A stretch of 64,000 bases of DNA from an uncultured bacterium (GTDB lineage Bacteria > Verrucomicrobiota > Verrucomicrobiia > Verrucomicrobiales > DEV007), in the NCBI GenBank assembly GCA_963977015.1, contig CAXBMO010000007.1, positions 1 through 64,000 of the forward strand, read 5' to 3'. Below the pieces are notes generated by a model. It was not told the origin of the DNA, ran no database searches, and worked only from the letters and a program-made list of their open reading frames with translations. Positions 1 through 7,557 of this stretch are shown here, piece by piece. Numbering within the stretch: position 1 is the first letter of the stretch; each line of letters opens with the position of its first letter. Position numbers and translations under genes: made by a program.

Positions 1-274
1 CCAAATCCTAGCAGAACTATCGTTTTGAGGTGTCCAGCTTTCTGGATCAGGTCAGAGGGCTATGACGATGGGTATCCATGACTGCACCCGATGATGACTT
101 TTTCCTTCGAATTCGCTGGGCTTGTTCTGACCTGATCGGGAATGTGGAGGAGTGGTGCGATGATCGTAAATCGACGAGTGGCATTTTTGATCTATCAAAC
201 GAGCGCACCCCACCGCAATGATCCGGTTCATTCGCCCAAATTTTGGGGAAGCACTTCATAGCCGGGTTTGAAAG

Positions 275-1861
275 TCACCCCTGAGACACTTTCAGTTTCC
301 CATCGGCCTCTAGCACAAGCCCCCGAGCCATCGCATCGGAGACTAACGACTCAAGCACTGCCGTCTTCATGCCTGAGTAAGACCTCACCAAATCCCGTCT
401 AGTCACTGGACCTTTCATACGAATTTTTGCAATCAAGACGTCAATCTCAAAGCCCCTTCGCTGCTCTTCCTCGCTCAAAAGAAATCCAAGCTCAGATAGC
501 GTTCTTAACCCTTCCACTCCTGAACCGCGAAGCAATCCCACTGCCCGGGCCATTACATCAGCACCAATCGCCGTTGGGACTCCCAAACCCGAACTCAAGT
601 GAACCGCCAGCGCAAGTTTCAAAACGACTTTTGGCCAGTGTTCAATCCACCGAACAATAGCGGGATTCCCATCGCAGTGCTCGTTGAGATCACTGCAAAA
701 GTTTTGAAATAACTCTACTGCCTCGCGAGACAACGAAAAGGTCAGCTCGACACCTTCACACCGGGCCTGATACCATCCGCCAATCAAACGTTCGTAGGCT
801 TCATCAGCCCCCTCCCAGACGCAATCGAAATCGATGAGCTTGGTTTGCTGGCTTGATAAGTCCAAAATGAGAGATCTGCTTGTAACGCCCTGACTAAAGA
901 TTGAATCTTTGAGGTATTTAATCAGCGTCCCTTTCGAAACTCGATGAATCATCGAAAAAGAAGGTGCTCTCCGCACTTTACCAGCATGGACCACCACTCC
1001 CCCATCGAAGCCCGACCGGCAAAGGTTTGCAATTTCGGTTTTCGTGTTAACCGGGGCAGAGAGCAATTGAATCATTTCGTTATCATGCGGGGCGAGGTTT
1101 GTAACACTACGGTCAAGGGCAAACTTTTTTGATTGTAGGATTTCCTCAGCGGTGGAGGAAACCGTGATCGCAAGGGGATTGAGCTGACGAATGAGTCTAC
1201 CCGCCTCACCAAATGCACTATCCAAGTCCTGTCGAGCCTTTCGGTAATCTGCAGCAATCCGGAAGTCTGTGTAGGAAGGTAATTCGCCAAACGTTTCCTC
1301 TGCTCTTTCAGCCTTGTCACACAGCGCTTCGAGCTCTGATTCAGAATCAAACTTCAACTTGGTATCCGCTCTATCTCTCGCCTTTGCTTTGACCTCGACC
1401 AAACTCTTTATCCGACGATGAACCTCCTCAACTTGATGATGTACGACAGCAGGATCTTTAGTCGCAACGACATCCTGCTCCACAATCCTTTTCAGCGGAG
1501 AAAATGGAAACTCAACGTACTGACTTTCTCCAATTGAACGCCCGCCGACAAAAGTTAAGTTCAGGGTTGGTGTGACACTCTCACCAGCAAAAGTCAAAAC
1601 ACAGGCAGGCCCAGCGGCTGCCCCAACGGCGTTTGCAAGTGCTAAAAAGGCAATTTCCTCCGCAGCAATTCCGCTCACTCCTACCAATTGCCTCACAGCT
1701 GTTTCCAATGGTTGGCCTTCTGGTATCGATAACCCCCCGCCATTAGCGAGCCGTTCCAGAGATTTGAAATTGACTTCAGATTCTGAAGCGCGAGAAAGCT
1801 GAAGACCTGATTTAGCGAGGTCGCTTTTTGATGGTTGTGCAAATGAATTACGTGAGTTCAT
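275..1861 (-). CDS. DUF3987/YfjI-like protein (helicase-like P-loop fold, degenerate Walker A) with coiled-coil insert and C-terminal wHTH-like tail
   Basis: LALANAVGAAAG...PTLNLTFVGGRSIGES...FSPL, SGFDGG, GVTSRSLIL and KLALAVH match the DUF3987 layout as I recall it. Confidence 0.65.
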   Translation of the reverse strand: MNSRNSFAQPSKSDLAKSGLQLSRASESEVNFKSLERLANGGGLSIPEGQPLETAVRQLVGVSGIAAEEIAFLALANAVGAAAGPACVLTFAGESVTPTLNLTFVGGRSIGESQYVEFPFSPLKRIVEQDVVATKDPAVVHHQVEEVHRRIKSLVEVKAKARDRADTKLKFDSESELEALCDKAERAEETFGELPSYTDFRIAADYRKARQDLDSAFGEAGRLIRQLNPLAITVSSTAEEILQSKKFALDRSVTNLAPHDNEMIQLLSAPVNTKTEIANLCRSGFDGGVVVHAGKVRRAPSFSMIHRVSKGTLIKYLKDSIFSQGVTSRSLILDLSSQQTKLIDFDCVWEGADEAYERLIGGWYQARCEGVELTFSLSREAVELFQNFCSDLNEHCDGNPAIVRWIEHWPKVVLKLALAVHLSSGLGVPTAIGADVMARAVGLLRGSGVEGLRTLSELGFLLSEEEQRRGFEIDVLIAKIRMKGPVTRRDLVRSYSGMKTAVLESLVSDAMARGLVLEADGKLKVSQG

Positions 1862-1964
1862 CTTGAAAAAAAAAGATTACACTCTCACCCCCCCCGGGGG
1901 GAGATGGTGTATCACACGCGATCCCACTATTCCACTAATACAAAGTCCCGTCAACCTCAAGAAA

Positions 1965-2004
1965 GACAAACTGACACTTCGACATACTGACATACTGACA
2001 TCTG
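1965..2004 (+). repeat. Five 8-bp tandem units beginning GACA (iteron-like)
   Basis: GACAAACT GACACTTC GACATACT GACATACT GACATCTG; GACA at 1965, 1973, 1981, 1989, 1997. Confidence 0.8.
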
Positions 2005-2852
2005 GCCTCAACACGCACTCTACAGAAACATCTCTGCAGATACAATTGACGTATAACTCTGCCAAAGAAAGCAATAAACCGAACTCGAACGATCTACCCT
2101 ACGAGAAAAAAAAAAGAAGATCAGCTGAGACTACTCACCGAGAAAAGTCCCCCCCCCCTCTTCACAGCAGCGAGCAGAATACCATTAACACACTCCTTGC
2201 TAAAGTACACACAACAGTAAACGAACGCACTCTAACAGTCTAGATCAGGGGACCCCCCCCCCGAGGGACGAGAGGCCACTCCACGCTGAATAACGCCCTA
2301 GGAAAAAAAAACCTGCAAATCCTCGTACAATACAACTATGGAATTAAAAGCCCTCCACAAACTAGCCATAGCCCCACACACATTATCCCTTCGACCTGCA
2401 TCTAGGTTTTACATATCACCCCCCCCATCCTCGATAAGAAAAAGGCACAAGATCCAGAGATTACACAAGACCGCCCCCCCCTCAACGATAGTCCCCTCCT
2501 TTTTTTTTTTACCCACACCCACCATCATACTCCCATAACCTACTACCAGTATCATCACTCTAGTTATACACACACTACTAGCCATCATGTGTTATGCTAA
2601 GGGATAGCCACTCGCCGGCATCACCTCTCACTCCCGATGCCTACGGGGCTCCGCCCACTCCGCCATCGGGACTTCGAAGCTGAGCGCGCCGACTGCCTTC
2701 CCAATAATACATTTCCGATCAACCCCTCACTTTGACAACTACACTCTAATTGGGAGCCAGCCTCGGATGTAAACACTCGACATCTACCTCAAAATAATCA
2801 CCTCGAAATCCATAAATCACTTAAAATCAACGCTATCAAGTCACTTTCGAAC

Positions 2853-2980
2853 CTACGAAACTGGTCGATCATATCTATTCTTCGTAGTTCTTCAAATATC
2901 ACGATTTTAGCCGAGAATCACGATATCCTGCCCTGAAACAACTAATCCAAATCTACGAATCCTGCTACTTTTCGTAGATT
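2853..2980. repeat. Two CTACGAA/TTCGTAG inverted-repeat pairs flanking an ATCACGAT direct repeat
   Basis: CTACGAA 2853 / TTCGTAG 2881; AATCTACGAA 2950 / TTCGTAGATT 2971; ATCACGAT at 2898 and 2917. Confidence 0.75.
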
Positions 2981-5451
2981 GAGGATTCGATGTTACAATT
3001 GCTTGGCTCAAGTAACCACTCCTCCAACTCATTCTCTAGATCTGCTGGAAGCCGCTCGAAAATAGCCGCAAGCACTCCCAATACTTTCTCGGTCCTGGGA
3101 AGAAATCCCCTTGGAACTTCAGAGGTTGTCTTGGCCGCGTTTGCTACGGTTTGGCGAATCACCTCCATACCGAAAAGACCATTAAGCTTCTGAGATAGCT
3201 GACTTTGGCTCAAATTGGAATCTATCTTCCCCCGTGCCAAGAGTCTAATTATACATTTGAAGATTAGAGGCTGAAGTTCAGCTCTTGGCCCTACCTGACC
3301 ATACCCGGTTGCGTCACTAGAAACTCGAATTTGCACCTGCTTCATTCGTTGAATAGCAACGATCTCCTTCAAATACTCCAAGTCATCTGGCGTTTTGAGA
3401 CTACGAAAAAGTTCACGCTCTTGCGAATCCTCGCTAGGTGGGCCGCTATTGGCGTCATAGTCACCACGCATAATTTTTGTCCCACTTCTCCAAGATAAGA
3501 ATTCTTCCTTGTCTTCTAGAGGACGTGTGGCGAAGAAGAGATGCGCTCCCCAACCATGAACATACCGGATGCCCGATTGCGCTGGAGCACGCCCAAAATC
3601 AAATTCCATGTTGAGGCGTCGCAGAACCTCGATTGGCTTCATCGGCACCCCCTCAACCAATTGGGCCAGTGATGGCCGTCGCAAGGATTTGAACCTTGCA
3701 AACGGATCACGTCGAAGAAACGAATCAATAATCCAACGATTCTGCTCTTGCTTTGTTTTCAGGTCGCCCGGAGGGCTAATTCCAGCCTTTGCAAGAATTT
3801 GATCATCACCCATTCTGGCCAGAGTCGCCTGTCCACGGGTTTTCCATGAAAGTATTTGTTTGGCTCTTTTCTTCACCTCTAGAATCGAACTGTTTCCTGT
3901 CATCCTTTTCCGAGCGCTTCTCATGGATTCAAGAATCACTCCTGGTTTTGATTCGAGCAGATCAATACTGGCGTTAGTCAGCAAACCGTCCGTGGTTACT
4001 GAAATGACTTCTTTGGAGGAAGGAACACTGGCCAACAATTCCCCTACTGCGGCCCGCACTATTCCAGACGCCTGTGCAGCAAACACAACCTGAGTTAAAC
4101 TCGACGGATTCTTTTTCTCTAATGAACCTTCAGAGGTTCTTTTCTCTTCAATTCCTTGGGCTACTTTGCCGTAAAGGTTTAGCGAAACCAGCTTCCAGAT
4201 ATCTTTTCCCATGCGATTCTTCGCCTTACTACGAAGGCTTATCAACTTTTTCACAACCACCTCGAACGGTCTCTCATTCGGATCTACCTCCACAGTCACA
4301 CCTTCGACTACTTGAATCTCGCATCCGAGTTTCTTTGCCAAACGGAGTTCGGGTCCCGTCACGTATGAAGATCCTTTAAGTGGAAAGATCAAGTTTTCCT
4401 CAATCCTAACAGGTATGCAAGGAAAACGAGTCTCTGGTGGAAACTTGAACTCAACTTTGGCAAATCCGAGTACATCTTCGGCCAAAATGGCTTCGAGCTC
4501 CCTTGTGTTCGTCATGCTTTGCCAAATTGGCCTTCCGATAGTTGCCATCGCAGTTGGATATGCTGCACTCAGGTCGATGTCACTCCATTCTCCCTCAGGA
4601 GACGGGCCAAAGTAGAATGACTCGTTGCGTCCTCCGTGGTAGCATTCTGTCAAAAACCTTTCCCGATCATGGATTGACGCAATATAAACTTCTCCTGCCT
4701 TGAACCGCTCTTTTCCGAGAATTTTCAGCCGCTTTCTTGCAGGGCCCCAAAGGCCTTTAACAAACTGTTCCGCAATTCTTCCAATAGTCGCTGGTGCAGC
4801 AAATTTGTCCACCTGTCCTGAGAACAGCTTCTCTAGAGAGAGAAGGTAGCATGCAGGGACAAAGGCCCGGAACTTCGCTAGCTCATCATGCTTTTGGCGG
4901 TTCACGCGAAATAGGTTTGCCATCTCATCTTCCCTAACAATATCCTTCATCTGATCAGATCGAACACAGAGATCGCCTAGTTCTTTCAAATCGACGTCAG
5001 TATCCTTCGATAAGAGTCTGGTGTCCCGAATTGTTACCCCTAATTCGCGTTGGTTTCGATTCGAATCCGTCACTTTAAGTGTCAGTCCGTTCTTCTTCAT
5101 CGTGACCAATGCTCCATGATTTTCTTGCATTGAATTTGCCAAGCTACGGAAGTCCTTAACAACCGAGAGGATCTCCTTAGTACCATGGGCAACCACGACT
5201 ACACTACGTGGATAGTGAGAACGATTAGCTTTTCTCCTGAAGGTTTGGATCAATTTCTGCAATATATCAGAAAGTTTTTTTATTTTGTTAATCACCACTA
5301 CATCGTGTACAGTATCCCCCTTCCAATGGGCCCAAAAAGCTATTGAATGAAGAATTACGTGGTCTGAACCAAGGAACTCTCGGGTCGCAGATACTCCTAT
5401 GATCATAGGCTTCGGATTTCCGGGTGAATGTCTTTTTCTTGTAGCCTTCAT
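2965..5451 (-). CDS. Family B DNA polymerase, primer-independent (piPolB)-like
   Basis: ECYHGGRNE, motif A DIDLSAAYPTAM, motif B KLVSLNLYGKVAQG, motif C SVTTDG (TTD instead of DTD), KTRG motif, and IRDTRLL in the exonuclease domain. Confidence 0.88.
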   Translation of the reverse strand: MKATRKRHSPGNPKPMIIGVSATREFLGSDHVILHSIAFWAHWKGDTVHDVVVINKIKKLSDILQKLIQTFRRKANRSHYPRSVVVVAHGTKEILSVVKDFRSLANSMQENHGALVTMKKNGLTLKVTDSNRNQRELGVTIRDTRLLSKDTDVDLKELGDLCVRSDQMKDIVREDEMANLFRVNRQKHDELAKFRAFVPACYLLSLEKLFSGQVDKFAAPATIGRIAEQFVKGLWGPARKRLKILGKERFKAGEVYIASIHDRERFLTECYHGGRNESFYFGPSPEGEWSDIDLSAAYPTAMATIGRPIWQSMTNTRELEAILAEDVLGFAKVEFKFPPETRFPCIPVRIEENLIFPLKGSSYVTGPELRLAKKLGCEIQVVEGVTVEVDPNERPFEVVVKKLISLRSKAKNRMGKDIWKLVSLNLYGKVAQGIEEKRTSEGSLEKKNPSSLTQVVFAAQASGIVRAAVGELLASVPSSKEVISVTTDGLLTNASIDLLESKPGVILESMRSARKRMTGNSSILEVKKRAKQILSWKTRGQATLARMGDDQILAKAGISPPGDLKTKQEQNRWIIDSFLRRDPFARFKSLRRPSLAQLVEGVPMKPIEVLRRLNMEFDFGRAPAQSGIRYVHGWGAHLFFATRPLEDKEEFLSWRSGTKIMRGDYDANSGPPSEDSQERELFRSLKTPDDLEYLKEIVAIQRMKQVQIRVSSDATGYGQVGPRAELQPLIFKCIIRLLARGKIDSNLSQSQLSQKLNGLFGMEVIRQTVANAAKTTSEVPRGFLPRTEKVLGVLAAIFERLPADLENELEEWLLEPSNCNIESSIYEK

Positions 5452-5701
5452 AATCTGTCAATAATTTCGGATTGAGCGGAAAGCTCCCGAAAATTCATCT
5501 GTCGGAGACAGGGTTTTCCAGAGAAAGAGCTTTGCCGGAGGAGCTATCCTTACATGACTTCTTCATAAATGGTCTGAGCGCAAACGCCTCTCTAAGTTGC
5601 GGAGAATGAACTGCCATCGGAAGCTCTGATATCTACCGATGGCTGTTCACTTGCTTGAGCTCCACGAAAACATGCAGAGTGAAACGCAAATCGATTCCTA
5701 G

Positions 5702-5914
5702 CTAAAAGCGATTTTTGGCTCTCACTTCGAACCGCTCTAGTGAAGCCAATACTCTTTGAGGATCAAACATCACAACTCCCCCGACCTTGAAGAACGGGAT
5801 TATTCCTTTACTCATCCATCGTTCGACTGTTCGAACGCTAATTCCTAACATCGCAGCCAGTCTAGGCTTTGAGAACCTAACTGGATCGTCACTATGGACT
5901 TCGGATTGCTCCAA
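5702..5914 (-). CDS. Excisionase-like helix-turn-helix protein (HTH_17/MerR-like)
   Basis: LAAMLGISVRTVERWMSKGIIPFFKVGGVVMFDP; lies just downstream of the integrase; TTG start. Confidence 0.85.
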   Translation of the reverse strand: MEQSEVHSDDPVRFSKPRLAAMLGISVRTVERWMSKGIIPFFKVGGVVMFDPQRVLASLERFEVRAKNRF

Positions 5915-6094
5915 TTTTGTCTACCCGATTTAAGGCATGAGCGCAGTCCCCGGGAAGGACACATCCCTCGTTCAACAAACAAGGGTCAACAAATCAGGTG
6001 CTTGGACCAATTGAGTTCTAGAGTATTCAACAAAATTTGAATCGCAACTTCGTGAGCAACAATCCGCACGGTTTGCCGGTGCGATTGGCAATCA

Positions 6095-7315
6095 TCACAA
6101 GTCAAAACAAGTTGGTAAAATCGAAAACCATTTTCTTGCCTCTTGCTTCGAGACAGGACGCCGATAGTTCTTCAGGATCACCTGCGGCGAATTTCCCATT
6201 TCATTGGCCAACTTGTTTTTATCTTCTAAAATTGAAAGACGGTAGCTCGCAAAGCTGTGTCGAAGGACATCTGGAGGCCATTCGTCAAGGGCGCCCTCTT
6301 CCTTCATCTTTTTCACTTCATCGGCAAGCAGATACCGGGGCGCTTTCCACTTTACGACGAGACCATTTGTCTTCTGAAATCGCCGAAGCAGCGTTTTCAA
6401 TCCTGGAAGCAAAGGAACGAATCGGTCACGCAAGGTCTTTCTGGCCACGCTTGCCTTAATTTCAATGTAGTCATTTTCCCAATTGATCTCGTCCCACCCG
6501 AGACGAGCTGCCTCCGAAGGACGAAGTCCAGCGAAGGCGCTGAGTGCGACGTAAGGAATGAGGTCGGGACGTAGGCTGCCAAGGAAAGCTTGAAATTTCT
6601 CAGGTTCAAAAATTTTCACTGCTTCCTGTATCTCCGAATCTTTTGCCACCTTCTCGGCCTCGGTCTTACCTTCAGGCAAAAACCGTGATGTCCTTGCCCA
6701 TCCAAAAAACGTGACAATTTGAGACCTGGCGTTGTTAAAATATCGCCCGCTCAACTTCCTTTCATCTCGAATATGTGAGTCAATTTGACGCTGAGTGATC
6801 TCAATGATTGGTCGACTATTGAAACTTTTCGCAAATTTACCAACATGCAGCTCCACCGATTCCACATTCCTCTTACCCGTGCGTGACATCTTCTCTTGAA
6901 GGTAACCCTCATACGCGTTTGCTACAGACTTTCCCACAATTACGTGGGATGTTTGCGCCAGAAAGAAGTTTGTCGCTTCTTGCAGTGTAGCTCGATTCTT
7001 GAGCTGTTTGTGAGCCGAGACAAAGCTGAGAACTGCCTCGCTTAGAGTCACACCGGTTGGACGCAACGCCTCGACTGCATTCAAATACGCGATCCTGTCA
7101 TCTCCTGTCAAAAGATCCGCACTGGCTTGGCCGTTATGAATCCGCGTCGCGATCTCGTGCGCTAGCAATTCTGCCTCCTCAACCTTGGCCCTACGAAGCC
7201 TTTTCCGTTCTGTCCCCTCATACCACTCGACTGTTGGACTGCCCGAGGTGAAATAGATTTTGACCACCGCAGAACCAACTTTCACACGCTTTGGTTTCCG
7301 TCTTAAAGATGCCAT
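6095..7315 (-). CDS. Tyrosine recombinase/integrase
   Basis: AGLRPSEA (catalytic R), DVLRHSFASY, EMGNS, KNYRR (catalytic Y); adjacent to tRNA. Confidence 0.93.
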   Translation of the reverse strand: MASLRRKPKRVKVGSAVVKIYFTSGSPTVEWYEGTERKRLRRAKVEEAELLAHEIATRIHNGQASADLLTGDDRIAYLNAVEALRPTGVTLSEAVLSFVSAHKQLKNRATLQEATNFFLAQTSHVIVGKSVANAYEGYLQEKMSRTGKRNVESVELHVGKFAKSFNSRPIIEITQRQIDSHIRDERKLSGRYFNNARSQIVTFFGWARTSRFLPEGKTEAEKVAKDSEIQEAVKIFEPEKFQAFLGSLRPDLIPYVALSAFAGLRPSEAARLGWDEINWENDYIEIKASVARKTLRDRFVPLLPGLKTLLRRFQKTNGLVVKWKAPRYLLADEVKKMKEEGALDEWPPDVLRHSFASYRLSILEDKNKLANEMGNSPQVILKNYRRPVSKQEARKWFSILPTCFDL

Positions 7316-7327
7316 TATGTCGATAAG

Positions 7328-7347
7328 TTGTCACATATTTGTCACAT
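7328..7347 (+). repeat. TTGTCACAT direct repeat, candidate integrase arm-binding sites
   Basis: TTGTCACAT at 7328-7336 and 7339-7347, between the integrase start and the tRNA 3' end. Confidence 0.55.
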
Positions 7348-7405
7348 CTCATCAATCCCGAAAACCCCATATCTCCCTAACCCACTGATTATCAACCGAT
7401 TAAAA

Positions 7406-7480
7406 TGGCGACCCGTACGGGATTCGAACCCGTGTTACCGCCGTGAAAGGGCGGAGTCCTAACCGTTAGACGAACGGGTC
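7406..7480 (-). tRNA. tRNA-Glu (anticodon TTC)
   Basis: Reverse complement GACCCGTTCGTCTAACGGTTAGGACTCCGCCCTTTCACGGCGGTAACACGGGTTCGAATCCCGTACGGGTCGCCA: acceptor stem, TTC anticodon loop, GTTCGAATC T-loop, encoded CCA. Confidence 0.97.
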
Positions 7481-7557
7481 GGCTTGGACTACCCAACTTT
7501 CGTTGGGAGCGGTAGTTTGTTCAGAATCCGGAAAGTCGCAAGCGATATTTTATCCTT

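Larger units (their letters stand above)
1..7405 (-). mobile_element. Integrative pipolin-like element inserted at the 3' end of tRNA-Glu; continues beyond the left edge of the window
   Basis: Integrase starts 90 bp downstream of the tRNA CCA end, followed by xis-like HTH, piPolB-type polymerase and DUF3987 protein, all on the minus strand. The sequence looks more AT-rich than the flanking host genes. No second att copy seen in the window. Confidence 0.85.

Noticed and set aside
47-259. 70-aa ORF downstream of the DUF3987 gene
   Set aside because: No recognisable motif; cannot be distinguished from a chance ORF
1863-2538. ORFs 1863-2243, 1877-2074 and 2338-2538 in the spacer
   Set aside because: They run through homopolymer tracts, have low-complexity translations and resemble no family
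1862-2964. CRISPR array or repeat-spacer ncRNA array in the spacer
   Set aside because: No repeated unit of 20 bp or more with regular spacers
2965-5451. Protein-primed (phi29/casposon/Polinton-type) PolB interpretation
   Set aside because: Motif C is TTDG rather than YxDTDS and KTRG is present; there is no terminal protein, cas1 or capsid gene nearby, and the element is tRNA-integrated by a tyrosine recombinase
1-7405. Second att site or complete prophage
   Set aside because: No duplicate of the tRNA 3' end and no structural phage genes seen within the window
7492-7507. CCCAAC-GAAA-GTTGGG hairpin upstream of the tRNA (minus strand)
   Set aside because: Short leader hairpin with no U-tract; not enough to call a terminator or ncRNA
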